Shown piece by piece: positions 29,618-40,272 of a DNA stretch of 64,000 nucleotides. The notes under the pieces were generated by a model. That model saw only the letters and a list, made by a program, of their open reading frames with translations, had not been told where the DNA came from and ran no database searches. The first letter of the stretch is position 1. Each line of letters starts with the position of its first letter. Source of the stretch: a virus. Both the position numbers and the translations under genes were made by a program. The stretch is taken from positions 32,001 to 96,000 of IMG/VR virus record IMGVR_UViG_3300027906_000003, one strand, 5' to 3'.

Positions 29618-29878
29618 ATGGAATTAATCATAGACGCTCATGTAATTTGGAATATACTCTTAACGCTGATATTAGCACCGTTAGGATTTCTTGTAAGGTC
29701 GGTTTTGTCTGAACAAAAACGATTGGACATTCTTGTCAATAAAACAAGAGAAGAAGTTGCTAGAGACTATGTGACTAGACAAGAGATTGAACAAGACTTT
29801 GAACGACTAGCAAGACAACTTCAAAGAATTGATGAGAAAATCGACAGACTTCAAAGTAAAACCTATTTCCAAGATTAG
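29618..29878 (+). CDS. Small membrane/coiled-coil protein
   Basis: N-terminal TM segment, TREEVARDYVT motif; CATAAATA 5 nt upstream. Confidence 0.7.
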   Translation: MELIIDAHVIWNILLTLILAPLGFLVRSVLSEQKRLDILVNKTREEVARDYVTRQEIEQDFERLARQLQRIDEKIDRLQSKTYFQD

Positions 29879-29884
29879 GATTCG

Positions 29885-29892
29885 TATAAATA
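29885..29892 (+). promoter_or_regulatory. T4-type late promoter TATAAATA
   Basis: Exact consensus upstream of gp13. Confidence 0.8.
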
Positions 29893-29920
29893 GTAGTAGA
29901 CCTTAAAATGGAATATTACT

Positions 29921-30736
29921 ATGGCAACACCAAATAGCAAAGCAACTTTCAAAGAATACATCAAAAGAAAACTCGGTGCGCCTGTTCTGGAAATCAATGT
30001 CGATGACGACCAATTTGAAGATAGAATGGATGAGGCAATACAGTGGTTTCAAGAGTATCACTATGATGGTTCTATAAAAACATACTTAAAACATGAGTTA
30101 ACCGACTCAGAACTAACACAAATGAAGACGGATACGAGTATGACATCGTCTCCAGCTGGTTCACACGACTACTCAAACACTGCATTTAAAGAACAACAGA
30201 ATTATATTGTTCTTCCAGAGTTCGTTCTTGCAGTTAATAACATATTTCCTTTCAACGATAAACACAATTTAAATATGTTTGACTTACGATATCAATTAAG
30301 ACTAAATGATATCTATGATTTAACATCAACAAACATTCTAAACTATTCAATGGTTCAACAACACATTAGTATGTTAGATGATATACTAGTTGGAAAAACA
30401 CCAATCAGATATAACACACATCAAAATAGACTATACTTAGATATGGCTACATCAAATGTATCTGCAGGTGAGTATATCATTATTGAATGTTATAGAAAAT
30501 TAGACCCCACAGACATGACAGATATCTATAATGATATGTGGTTGAAAAAATATGCAACTGCATTAGTCAAGTATCAGTGGGCAGAAAACTTATCTAAGTT
30601 CTCAGGAGTTGCACTACCAGGTGGTGTCACACTTGATGCTGAGAGAATGAAAACTGAAGCACAAGAAGAGATTACAAGATTAGAAGAAGAGTCAAGATTA
30701 AATCATCAAATGATGCCAATCGACTTAATGGGATAA
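29921..30736 (+). CDS. gp13: Neck protein gp13
   Basis: LGAPVLEINVDDDQ, YHYDG, WLKKYATAL, LPGGVTL. Confidence 0.92.
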   Translation: MATPNSKATFKEYIKRKLGAPVLEINVDDDQFEDRMDEAIQWFQEYHYDGSIKTYLKHELTDSELTQMKTDTSMTSSPAGSHDYSNTAFKEQQNYIVLPEFVLAVNNIFPFNDKHNLNMFDLRYQLRLNDIYDLTSTNILNYSMVQQHISMLDDILVGKTPIRYNTHQNRLYLDMATSNVSAGEYIIIECYRKLDPTDMTDIYNDMWLKKYATALVKYQWAENLSKFSGVALPGGVTLDAERMKTEAQEEITRLEEESRLNHQMMPIDLMG

Positions 30737-30740
30737 TATT

Positions 30741-31595
30741 ATGCCGACAAATGTATACTTTAACCATGCAGTTAATACTGAACAACACCTCTATGAGGAT
30801 TTAGTTGTTGAATCACTTAGATTCTATGGTCATGAAACATACTATCTACCAAGACAGATAATAGAAGAAGATAGTATTCTTGGTGAAGATGTGCAATCAA
30901 CATTCGGTGATGCGTATTCTGTAGAAATGTATTTAGATAATGTTGAGGGGTTTGAAGGAGAGGACCTATTCTCTAAGTTTGGTATTCAAACACAAGAAGA
31001 ATGCACATTTACACTTGCACTTAGAACATGGGAAAGATTCATTTCATTAGACTCCAACTTAGTCACATCACTTAGACCAAATGAGGGAGACTTAGTATAC
31101 TTCCCTATGTCTGGTTCTATGTTTGAAATCAGATATGTCGAAGACCAAAATCCTTTCTTTCAGATAGGAAAACTTTTTGTATTCAAACTTAAATGCACAT
31201 TATTCGAATACAGTGGAGAAGACTTCGATACAAACATTGATGCAATTGACATTGTTGAAGACCAACAAGCATATACAATTCAATTAACAATGAATTCAAG
31301 TGGTTCAGGTGATTACGCAGCGAATGAATCAATTAAGATTGGTTCAACAGTAATTGGTGAAGTCACATCTTGGAAAGCGTCTACACATCTACTTACAGTT
31401 AAAGATGTCACCACAACGATTCAGGTTGGTGATACGATAGAGGGTGCTGTTAACGGTGCATCTTATACAGTTGCAAGTATTAGAGACATTCTAACTATGA
31501 ATGACGGAACAGGTGCTGATAATGCAGATTTAGAAACTACTGCAGACAACTACTTAGACTTCTCAGAAACAAACCCATTTGGTGAGGTTACATAA
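30741..31595 (+). CDS. gp14: Neck protein gp14
   Basis: EQHLYEDLVVES, FSKFG, RPNEGDLVYFP, DFSETNPFG. Confidence 0.92.
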   Translation: MPTNVYFNHAVNTEQHLYEDLVVESLRFYGHETYYLPRQIIEEDSILGEDVQSTFGDAYSVEMYLDNVEGFEGEDLFSKFGIQTQEECTFTLALRTWERFISLDSNLVTSLRPNEGDLVYFPMSGSMFEIRYVEDQNPFFQIGKLFVFKLKCTLFEYSGEDFDTNIDAIDIVEDQQAYTIQLTMNSSGSGDYAANESIKIGSTVIGEVTSWKASTHLLTVKDVTTTIQVGDTIEGAVNGASYTVASIRDILTMNDGTGADNADLETTADNYLDFSETNPFGEVT

Positions 31596-31810
31596 TGATA
31601 GAAAAAATAATTGCAGATACACTTAATGTAAAAGAAGATGTTATTAAAGACGATTCAAACTTTGTAGAAGATTTAGGTGCAGACTCACTTAACATTGTTG
31701 AACTAGTTATGCAAGTTGAAGAAAACTACGACATGGAAATTTCTGATGATGATGCAGAAACATTACATACAGTTGCAGACTTGAAACAGTATATAGAGGA
31801 CTATTCATAA
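31595..31810 (+). CDS. acpP: Acyl carrier protein
   Basis: FVEDLGADSLNIVELVM with the phosphopantetheine Ser; acidic 71-aa protein. Confidence 0.9.
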   Translation: MIEKIIADTLNVKEDVIKDDSNFVEDLGADSLNIVELVMQVEENYDMEISDDDAETLHTVADLKQYIEDYS

Positions 31811-32853
31811 TGTTTGGTACCTATTTTTATAATGAAACAATCAAAAGGTCTGTTTCTATATTTGGAACTTTGTTTAATAACATAACTCTCAAAAAAATCA
31901 AATCAGATGGAACAATTCTTGGAGAACAGATAGTTCCTATATCATATGGTCCAAAACAAAAATGGTTAGAAAGAATCAATGTTGACCCAAAACAGAGAGA
32001 TGGCAATATTACAGGCATGACATTTCCTCGAATGGCATTCGAGTTATCTGGTATAGAATATGATGCAACTCGTCAACAAAACAAATTAATTAGAAGTCAG
32101 AAAAGCACCTTAGAATCAGATGGTGTTAAAAGAGCATTTCAATATAATCCTGCACCATATACATTAACCTTTAAGTTAAGTATTATGACTAAGAATATGA
32201 ATGATGCACTACAAATTGTAGAACAAATCATACCATATTTTCAACCAGAGTATACAGTCACAATGAAGATGATTGATTCTATGACTGATTATAGAGATGT
32301 TCCAATCACTTTAGAATCTGTTGCATTTGAAGATAACTATGAGAGTGGTTATGAAGAAAGAAGATTTATAGAATATTCTTTAGACTTTAAAATGAAACTA
32401 TACTTCTTTGGACCTGTTTACACTGGTGATGTTATTAAGAGTGTTATCGAAAGAGACTATATTAATACAGATAAGGGTGGATTCACATCAACTCAAATTA
32501 CTGGTTCAGGTCTTGTAAAAGAAGTTAAACACTATGAACCTGCATTCGAAGAAGTTGCAAATGCTGTAAGTAATTCAACTACAGTGACCTTTGCAAATGC
32601 AATAAATAGTAAGATAAGTGCAAACGATGAAGTATTCGGAACAAACTTAACTACGAATCCTACAATATCATCAATTGCAAATGATAAAAAATCAATAGTA
32701 TTGTCGACTGCAGTGACTATTGATGCACTTACGAAGTTATTATTCGTTGGTTCAGTAGACCCAGGTGATACATTCGTAGTTGCAGAAACAGTGAATTTTT
32801 ATGATGATGGAGGTTCTACAACATATAGTGAAGACCTCGCAAGTGATGCTTAA
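31810..32853 (+). CDS. gp15: Tail sheath stabiliser/terminator gp15
   Basis: MFGTYFYNETI, VPISYGPKQK, PRMAFE, QIVEQIIPYFQP. Confidence 0.92.
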   Translation: MFGTYFYNETIKRSVSIFGTLFNNITLKKIKSDGTILGEQIVPISYGPKQKWLERINVDPKQRDGNITGMTFPRMAFELSGIEYDATRQQNKLIRSQKSTLESDGVKRAFQYNPAPYTLTFKLSIMTKNMNDALQIVEQIIPYFQPEYTVTMKMIDSMTDYRDVPITLESVAFEDNYESGYEERRFIEYSLDFKMKLYFFGPVYTGDVIKSVIERDYINTDKGGFTSTQITGSGLVKEVKHYEPAFEEVANAVSNSTTVTFANAINSKISANDEVFGTNLTTNPTISSIANDKKSIVLSTAVTIDALTKLLFVGSVDPGDTFVVAETVNFYDDGGSTTYSEDLASDA

Positions 32854-32855
32854 TT

Positions 32856-33251
32856 ATGCCAAAAGATATAGATAAAAAATTGGATGATGTCCTAGACATT
32901 CAACAAACAATCAAAAAAGAGACAACTGCAGTAGTTGTTCCTAAAGAAAGGTCTCAAAACATTGAGACTGATTACAAATACACTAGAGAAAACTTATATG
33001 GTCTTGTCGAAAGAGGACAAGATGCCATTGAAGGAATCTTAGATGTCTGTAAAGAGACGGAGAATCCTCGTGCATATGAAGTTGCAGGTCAATTAATCAA
33101 AACAGTCGGTGAAACTGCAGAGAAACTCATCGATGTTCAACAAAAACTTAAAAAATTAGAAGATGAAAATGAAAGTATTAAGACACAACACAATCACTTG
33201 TATGTCGGAAATACTGCAGAACTCCAGAAGTTCTTAAAGAAAAACAAATAG
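32856..33251 (+). CDS. gp16: Terminase small subunit gp16
   Basis: DYKYTRENLY, PRAYEVAGQLIK, VGNTAELQKFL. Confidence 0.9.
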   Translation: MPKDIDKKLDDVLDIQQTIKKETTAVVVPKERSQNIETDYKYTRENLYGLVERGQDAIEGILDVCKETENPRAYEVAGQLIKTVGETAEKLIDVQQKLKKLEDENESIKTQHNHLYVGNTAELQKFLKKNK

Positions 33252-34045
33252 TGAAGAAATATTTTTATAATTCCACCAGACAGATGGAACCTACAGTTGA
33301 AAATTGTTTTTGGGACTTTAATAGAACCAATGCCTATGAAAAGTGGATTAAAGAAAATGTTGAAGATAAAGTTGTTTGTGATTTAGGAACAGGAAGTGGT
33401 ATTCTATGTTATCTTGCATACTATTACGGTGCTAAACATGTTTATGGTTGTGAGATAAGAGAAGAGATAGTCGAAGATTTAACTAATAGATTTAAAGATT
33501 TTCCAATAACTATAGTTCATTGTGATGTATTAGAAGATGAATGGCCAGAAGCAGACATATATCTACAAGAATTTATTGCAAGTCCTTTTATAGGTGAGAA
33601 TATAGAATTACTATTCAAAGAAACTGTAAAAAGGGAATTAGAAGATAGATTATATCCAAATATCATATCAATATACAATGGTGAGGGTGATAACGATGGT
33701 TTTAAAATATCAACAAACGATGACTTTTTAGAGGGGTCAAAACACTTTATAGATTACTTAGATTTTGAAGAAAAATCTCCAAGAGAAGGAAGAAAACTTT
33801 GGTCGAATAATGTATCAGAAACATCTCTTCATTGGACTGGTCACTTAAAAGATTGGAATAATAAAGTTTTACATGATATGGGTGTAGTTGAAGAGGATGA
33901 CGGAACAATAACAGGAAAGGTATTGTGGGAAATGTCGTTTGATGGAAAATATCCTATATCTAATTTTTCTCAATCATACAGTCATTGGGCAATAGATAGA
34001 ATGGACACTTTAAGATACAGAAGATTGGAAGCGGGTTTAAGATAA
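33251..34045 (+). CDS. Class I SAM-dependent methyltransferase (PRMT/PrmA-like)
   Basis: R..AY..WI, VCDLGTGSGIL motif I, GAKHVYGCE; GTG start. Confidence 0.75.
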   Translation: MKKYFYNSTRQMEPTVENCFWDFNRTNAYEKWIKENVEDKVVCDLGTGSGILCYLAYYYGAKHVYGCEIREEIVEDLTNRFKDFPITIVHCDVLEDEWPEADIYLQEFIASPFIGENIELLFKETVKRELEDRLYPNIISIYNGEGDNDGFKISTNDDFLEGSKHFIDYLDFEEKSPREGRKLWSNNVSETSLHWTGHLKDWNNKVLHDMGVVEEDDGTITGKVLWEMSFDGKYPISNFSQSYSHWAIDRMDTLRYRRLEAGLR

Positions 34046-35625
34046 TGGTTCAACCAAAAAATGAAGGATACTTAGGTAACACTCTCATTAAAAGAAGTGG
34101 TGTTGAGACTAAGTATTCAGACAAAGAGATGGCAGAGTATGTGAAATGTTCACAAGACCCTTGTCATTTTATAGAAAACTATACACAAATTATCTCACTA
34201 GATGAGGGTATGGTTCCTTTTAAACTTCGTGGGTACCAAGACAAACTTATAGAACATTATAATGCAAATCGTTTTAATATCGTTCTTGCATCTCGTCAAT
34301 CAGGTAAATCTATAACATCTTGTGCATATCTACTATGGTTCTTACTGTTTAATCCAGAAGTCACTGTTGCTGTTTTGGCAAACAAAGGTGCAATTGCAAG
34401 AGAGATGATTGCAAGAATGGTAACCATGTTGGAAAGTGTTCCCTTTTTCCTACAACCTGGTGTAAAAATTCTCAACAAAGGGTCCATAGAATTTGCAAAC
34501 GATTCAAAAGTAGTCGCCGCGGCAACTTCCAGTTCTAGTATCCGTGGATTGTCTATTAACCTCTTGTATCTTGACGAGTTTGCATTCGTTGATGATGCAG
34601 AGACATTTTATACTGCAACATATCCTGTTGTCACATCAGGTAAAGATTCAAAGGTTATCATAACATCTACTGCAAATGGTGTTGGTAATATGTTCTATAA
34701 AATATATCAAAGTGCCGTTCATGACCAATCAGAGTATAAACACTTTACGATTAGTTGGGACGATGTGCCAGGTCGAGATGACGAATGGAAGAAAGAGACA
34801 ATTGCAAACACATCAGAGGCACAATTTGAACAAGAATATGGTAATAGTTTCTTAGGAACAGGTAATACTCTTATAAATGCAAACACATTATTAGGAATGA
34901 TGGCAAAAGAACCTGATTGGAATAAAGATAATGTAAATGTATATGAAAAACCTAAAGAAGGACACTCTTATATTTGCACGGTTGATGTATCTAAAGGTCG
35001 TGGAATAGACTATTCTACATTTACTATTACTGATATATCAGTCAAACCATTCAGAACAGTATGCACATATAGAGATAATATGATATCTCCTATGTTATTT
35101 CCAGACTTAATAGCTAAGTATGCAAGACCATATAACGAAGCATTAGTAATAATAGAGAACAATGCAGAGGGTGGAATGGTTGCAACTCAGATGCACTATG
35201 ACATAGAATATCCAAATGTATTTACACAAGGAATGAGTAAAGCAGAAGATATTGGTGTCACTATGACTAAGAAAATTAAAAGAATTGGTTGTTCTACATT
35301 AAAAGAACTATTAGAAGAGAATAGAATGGAGTTATGTGATAGAAATACCATTACCGAACTTATGACTTTTATAAGTAAAGGTAATAGTTTTGAAGCCGAT
35401 AGAGGGTTTCACGATGATATGGTTATGAACCTAGTCTTATTCTCTTGGTTTGTCACAACAGACCACTTCTTCCACTTAACTGATAGACAAGTTAAAGAAC
35501 TATTATACGCAGAACAACAAAAATTAATTGAAGACGATATACTACCACCAGGAATATTCGATACAGGACAGAACAATACAGAGTCCTTTGTCGATGCAGA
35601 CGGTGATAGATGGTTTTTAGATTAA
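34045..35625 (+). CDS. gp17: Terminase large subunit gp17
   Basis: SRQSGKS Walker A, LYLDEFAF Walker B, ITSTANG, HDDMVM. Confidence 0.95.
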   Translation: MVQPKNEGYLGNTLIKRSGVETKYSDKEMAEYVKCSQDPCHFIENYTQIISLDEGMVPFKLRGYQDKLIEHYNANRFNIVLASRQSGKSITSCAYLLWFLLFNPEVTVAVLANKGAIAREMIARMVTMLESVPFFLQPGVKILNKGSIEFANDSKVVAAATSSSSIRGLSINLLYLDEFAFVDDAETFYTATYPVVTSGKDSKVIITSTANGVGNMFYKIYQSAVHDQSEYKHFTISWDDVPGRDDEWKKETIANTSEAQFEQEYGNSFLGTGNTLINANTLLGMMAKEPDWNKDNVNVYEKPKEGHSYICTVDVSKGRGIDYSTFTITDISVKPFRTVCTYRDNMISPMLFPDLIAKYARPYNEALVIIENNAEGGMVATQMHYDIEYPNVFTQGMSKAEDIGVTMTKKIKRIGCSTLKELLEENRMELCDRNTITELMTFISKGNSFEADRGFHDDMVMNLVLFSWFVTTDHFFHLTDRQVKELLYAEQQKLIEDDILPPGIFDTGQNNTESFVDADGDRWFLD

Positions 35626-35675
35626 CTAAATACAATATAACCATGTAAAAAGGGTTTCATTGGGTATTATAAACT

Positions 35676-35683
35676 TATAAATA
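35676..35683 (+). promoter_or_regulatory. T4-type late promoter TATAAATA
   Basis: Exact consensus upstream of gp18. Confidence 0.8.
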
Positions 35684-35722
35684 ATCTAGTAAACAAACTT
35701 TTTACATTAACAGGAGAAAAGT

Positions 35723-37711
35723 ATGGCATTTCAAGTATCACCAGGAGTTCAAGTCTCAGAGATAGACTTAACAAATGTTGTGCCTGCAGTTTCAAGCACG
35801 ACTGGTGCTTTTGCAGGTCAATTTCAGTGGGGACCTGTTGATGAAGTAAAAACAGTTTCAGATAGTAAGGGTTTGATAGATGAGTTTTCGTCACCTGCAA
35901 ATACCGATGCTGGAGCTGAAGACTTTTATTCAGCAGAAGCATTCTTGAAGTATGGGTCATCATTAAGAGTAGTTAGAATTTCCAACGGAGCAAAAAGTGC
36001 TAACGCGGCTGGAGCAACATCAGCTATTCTTAAAAACGATGCAGAATACACAAGCACCTACAAAGGTGGAACCCAAGCCGGCACAGTCGGTGCGTGGGTA
36101 GCAAGATATGCGGGTTCTCTAGGAAACAATTTAAAAGTTTCCCTTTGTGCGTCAGCGAACGCATATTTTAACGATGCAGTTACCACAGTAAATGGAACTG
36201 AAGCGGTTGGTCAGACTACTATAACAGTCTCAGCTTCTAATGTGTTTAACATTAGAGACCAGGTTAAATTCCAAGGCGACGATAACTTCTATAGAGTTCT
36301 ATCAAAACCAAGTTCAACCACTATAACAATCGAAGCATTAAATCAACCACAAGGAACTGGACTATTAGTTAACCAGACTGCAGGACAAAATATCGATAGA
36401 TATTGGGAATTCCACAATTTGTTTGACAAAACACCAGGAACTTCAGCAGGACAAACCCAAGCGGGTGGAGCTGCAGATGAGGTTCATGTAGTTGTTGTAG
36501 ACGAAGATGGCGGAATAACAGGAACAGCACATAGCGTTTTAGAAACACACGCATTTATGTCATTGGCATCAGATGCAAAAGGTCCTGACGGAAAATCTAA
36601 TTACTACAAAAATGTAATTGAAAGAGAATCTTCATGGATTTGGTGGTCTGGACACGAATCAACAGTTATTGCAAGTGCTGTAGCAAATACAACACACGCG
36701 GCGTCAGTATCAGGAACAGCATTCCTAAGACCAGCATTACCACTAAATGCTTCAATTTCAGGTGGTTCAGATGGACTAAGTCCAACTGCAGGTCTAAAAT
36801 ATGGTGCATGGGATACTTTCTTCTCAGACGGAGATACAGTAGATATCTCTTTCCTAATTTGTGGTTCAACAAGAACTACTACAGGTTCAGCTGACCAAGA
36901 TATACTTGCAGACCATAACACAATAGTAAATCAAGGTATATTACTTGCAGAGTCAAGAAAAGACTGCATGTTTATATGTTCACCAAGAAAAGCATCAATA
37001 GTTGATGTTAGTTCAGAATCAACACAAACAACCAATGTTAAAGCTGATTTTGCAAATGTTTCTTCAAGTTCATATGCAGTGTTAGATTCAGGTTGGGTAT
37101 ATCAATACGACAGATTCAACGACAGATATTGCTGGGTTCCAGGAAACGGACACACAGCAGGTATCATGGCAAGGGCAGACTTACTAAGAGACCCTTGGTT
37201 CTCACCTGCTGGATTCAGCAGAGGTCAATACCTAGGTATTACTAAACTTGCTTACAATCCTAAACAAGCAAGTAGAGATGACTTATATCGTGCAAGAATT
37301 AACCCAATAGTGACATTCCCAGGACAGGGAACAGTTCTATTTGGAGACAAAACTGCATTAACAGTACCATCTGCATTTGATAGAATCAATGTAAGAAGAC
37401 TGTTCATCGTATTAGAAAAGGCAATTTCACAAGCTGCTCAAGCACAACTCTTTGAATTCAACGATGCGTTCACAAGAGCACAGTTTAGAAGTGCTGTAGA
37501 ACCTTTCCTAAGAGATGTGAAAAACAGAAGAGGACTAGTAGACTTCTCAGTATTATGTGATGAAACAAACAACACTGATACAGTTATTGATAGAAATGAA
37601 TTCGTTTGTTCTATCTTTGTAAAACCTGCTCGTTCTATTAACTATATAACATTAAACTTTGTAGCTGCTAGAAGTGGTGTAGAGTTTAGTGAAATCTATT
37701 CAGCAGTTTAA
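35723..37711 (+). CDS. gp18: Tail sheath protein gp18
   Basis: SPGVQVSEIDLT, WFSPAGFSRG, FDRINVRRLF, KPARSINYITLNF. Confidence 0.95.
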   Translation: MAFQVSPGVQVSEIDLTNVVPAVSSTTGAFAGQFQWGPVDEVKTVSDSKGLIDEFSSPANTDAGAEDFYSAEAFLKYGSSLRVVRISNGAKSANAAGATSAILKNDAEYTSTYKGGTQAGTVGAWVARYAGSLGNNLKVSLCASANAYFNDAVTTVNGTEAVGQTTITVSASNVFNIRDQVKFQGDDNFYRVLSKPSSTTITIEALNQPQGTGLLVNQTAGQNIDRYWEFHNLFDKTPGTSAGQTQAGGAADEVHVVVVDEDGGITGTAHSVLETHAFMSLASDAKGPDGKSNYYKNVIERESSWIWWSGHESTVIASAVANTTHAASVSGTAFLRPALPLNASISGGSDGLSPTAGLKYGAWDTFFSDGDTVDISFLICGSTRTTTGSADQDILADHNTIVNQGILLAESRKDCMFICSPRKASIVDVSSESTQTTNVKADFANVSSSSYAVLDSGWVYQYDRFNDRYCWVPGNGHTAGIMARADLLRDPWFSPAGFSRGQYLGITKLAYNPKQASRDDLYRARINPIVTFPGQGTVLFGDKTALTVPSAFDRINVRRLFIVLEKAISQAAQAQLFEFNDAFTRAQFRSAVEPFLRDVKNRRGLVDFSVLCDETNNTDTVIDRNEFVCSIFVKPARSINYITLNFVAARSGVEFSEIYSAV

Positions 37712-37725
37712 CAGGAGTATAAAGA

Positions 37726-38223
37726 ATGGCAACAATAGACCAATTTAAAGCGAACTTAATCGGAGGTGGACCAAGAGCCAACCGATTCAAAGTTTTTGTT
37801 CCTAGAACAGGAAACAAAATTGAATTCTTGTGTAAAGCTTCTACTCTACCAGGTTCATCTTTTGGAGAGACGACTGTAAAATATATGGGTAATACTTTAA
37901 AATTACCTGGTGACAGAGCCTTTGAAAATTGGACAACAACAATCATCAATGATGTTAACTTTGAAGTTAGAACAGGTCTTGAATCTTGGATGAATGAGAT
38001 ACAAGGCACTGGAACTGGTGAAGGCTCAACAAGTCTTGACTACTTAGTAGACAGAGCTTTTGTTGAACAATTAGATAAATCGGATGCAGTGTTAGCTCGA
38101 TATGAGTTCTTTAACATGTATCCACAATCAGTTGCACCAATAACATTAGACTATGATAATGGTGACGCGGTACAGACATTTGATGCAGTATTCTCTTTTT
38201 CCCATTGGGAAAGAGTAGTTTAA
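37726..38223 (+). CDS. gp19: Tail tube protein gp19
   Basis: GGPRANRF, LPGDRAFENWTTTIIND. Confidence 0.92.
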   Translation: MATIDQFKANLIGGGPRANRFKVFVPRTGNKIEFLCKASTLPGSSFGETTVKYMGNTLKLPGDRAFENWTTTIINDVNFEVRTGLESWMNEIQGTGTGEGSTSLDYLVDRAFVEQLDKSDAVLARYEFFNMYPQSVAPITLDYDNGDAVQTFDAVFSFSHWERVV

Positions 38224-38250
38224 TAAGTGAGATAACACCTAAAATGGTGT

Positions 38251-38258
38251 TATAAATA
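38251..38258 (+). promoter_or_regulatory. T4-type late promoter TATAAATA
   Basis: Exact consensus, 5 nt before the portal ATG. Confidence 0.8.
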
Positions 38259-38263
38259 ATAGT

Positions 38264-39805
38264 ATGGAATTATTCGGGTTTGAAATCACTCGTAAAAGAG
38301 ACGAGTTAAGAGCAACAGAGGTTGATAAAAAAGCAATCTCTTTTGTGCCTCCAGTCGATGATGATGGCACACCAGTTATACAATCACAACCAGGTGGTTT
38401 TATTACAGGTGGTGCATATGGGTCATACATCGATATGGAAGGCGGTATTAAGAATGAGGCAGAACTCATTCGTAGATACCGTGAGATATCCTTAATACCT
38501 GAATGTGATTCAGCAATAGAGGATATCGTTAATGAGTGTATCACATCTGACACTTCGGATAGGATAGTTTCACTCGACCTCAGAGATGTAAAGCTCTCTG
38601 ATAGCATCAAAGATAAGGTGCAAGACGAGTTTTATCACATCCTAAACATCATGAGATTCAATCAGAACTCTCATGAATTATTCAGAAAATGGTACATCGA
38701 TGGTAGAGTCTACTTCCATAAGGTCGTGGATTCGAAACGACCTAAGGCAGGTATCGTTGACATCAGAAATATTGACCCTATAAAGATTAAGAAAGTTCGT
38801 AATATTGAGAAAGACAGAGACAATAAGACGAATGTTGAAAAGATTACAAAGATGGAAGAGTTCTATCTTTTCAACGATAGAGGTTTTGATAAGAGTGGTT
38901 CTGGAGAAGGAAACACTGTTAAAATTGCACCAGAGGCAGTATGTTATACAACTTCTGGTCTACTAGACTACACTAAAAATGTTGTAGTTGGTTATCTTCA
39001 TAAAGCAATGAAGACTGCAAATCAACTATCTATGATAGAAGATGCACTTGTTATCTATAGGATATCAAGAGCACCAGAAAGAAGAATCTTCTACATCGAT
39101 GTTGGTAACTTGCCAAAAGCAAAGGCAGAACAATACTTATCAGAAGTTATGAACAAGTATAGAAATAAACTTGTTTATAACGCACAGACAGGTGAAATCA
39201 AAGATGATAGAAAACACATGTCTATGATGGAAGATTTTTGGTTACCAAGAAGAGAGGGTGGAAGAGGAACAGAGATATCTACACTCCCAGGTGGTCAGAA
39301 CTTAGATGATATTGCAGATATAGAATACTTCAAAAAGAAACTATATCGTGCATTAAATGTGCCTATATCTCGTATGGAATCAGATAATGGTTTCAATATG
39401 GGTAAGTCATCTGAGATTACGAGAGATGAATTGAAGTTTAATAAATTTACTAATAGACTTCAAAAGAAATTTGCAAGAGTATTCAACGATGTGTTGAGAA
39501 CTCAGTTGATTCTGAAAGAGATTGTTTCTGCAGAAGAGTTTGATAAAATTAAAGATTTTATTCAATACGATTGGGCAACAGACAACCACTTTACAGAATT
39601 AAAAGATGCAGAGATTATACGAGAAAGAATGGACACACTTTCACAAGTAAGTGAGTATGTCGGCAAATATTACTCGAATGAGTATATTAGAAAGTATATC
39701 CTGAATCAAACGGAAGAGGATATCAAAATCATCGATGCTCAGATAGAGCAAGAGGGTGGTTCTGGTGACGATAGTGAAAACGAAGATGACTTCGGAGGAT
39801 TTTAA
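38264..39805 (+). CDS. gp20: Portal protein gp20
   Basis: RAPERRIFYIDVGNLPK, EDFWLPRREGGRGTEI, ITRDELKF. Confidence 0.96.
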   Translation: MELFGFEITRKRDELRATEVDKKAISFVPPVDDDGTPVIQSQPGGFITGGAYGSYIDMEGGIKNEAELIRRYREISLIPECDSAIEDIVNECITSDTSDRIVSLDLRDVKLSDSIKDKVQDEFYHILNIMRFNQNSHELFRKWYIDGRVYFHKVVDSKRPKAGIVDIRNIDPIKIKKVRNIEKDRDNKTNVEKITKMEEFYLFNDRGFDKSGSGEGNTVKIAPEAVCYTTSGLLDYTKNVVVGYLHKAMKTANQLSMIEDALVIYRISRAPERRIFYIDVGNLPKAKAEQYLSEVMNKYRNKLVYNAQTGEIKDDRKHMSMMEDFWLPRREGGRGTEISTLPGGQNLDDIADIEYFKKKLYRALNVPISRMESDNGFNMGKSSEITRDELKFNKFTNRLQKKFARVFNDVLRTQLILKEIVSAEEFDKIKDFIQYDWATDNHFTELKDAEIIRERMDTLSQVSEYVGKYYSNEYIRKYILNQTEEDIKIIDAQIEQEGGSGDDSENEDDFGGF

Positions 39806-39808
39806 TAA

Positions 39809-39973
39809 ATGAATGATATCGCAAAAGAAATAGTAGACCAAATAGAAGATGGTAAAATGGATAATGCCAAAGAAACAATCTTTAAAGGTTTACACCAAAA
39901 GGCTGCTGAGAACATCGACATGAAAAGAGTCGAAACTCAGGTAAATTGGATGGATAAGAAAGAAGAAGAGTAA
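39809..39973 (+). CDS. Small prohead core protein (gp67 position), 54 aa
   Basis: Hand-translated MNDIAKEIVDQIEDGKMDNAKE...KKEEE; TAATG overlap with the next gene. Confidence 0.65.
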   Translation: MNDIAKEIVDQIEDGKMDNAKETIFKGLHQKAAENIDMKRVETQVNWMDKKEEE

Positions 39974-40272
39974 TGAAATCATTTCAACAGATGACAGAAG
40001 AACTAAACGAGGCAAAATCAATGTTGCCTGTTGGTCATAGACAACTTAAAAATGAAGTTGTATCTGTTGGTGATAAGACTTTTAACTTATCTTATTCACA
40101 AAAGGGTAATGATGTCTTTGTATTTTTAGAAGGAATGGACACAGGTGATGTATACGAAGACCTCAAAAGTGCTGAAGCACAAATGAAAGACATAAAAGAT
40201 GTCTTAAAATCTATGGGGGAATCATTTTCCATAGAAGAATTTAAGGAGTTATTCAATGAAACTAATATCTGA
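39973..40272 (+). CDS. Prohead core protein (gp68 position)
   Basis: MKSFQQMTEELNE N-terminus; synteny between gp20 and gp21. Confidence 0.6.
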   Translation: MKSFQQMTEELNEAKSMLPVGHRQLKNEVVSVGDKTFNLSYSQKGNDVFVFLEGMDTGDVYEDLKSAEAQMKDIKDVLKSMGESFSIEEFKELFNETNI

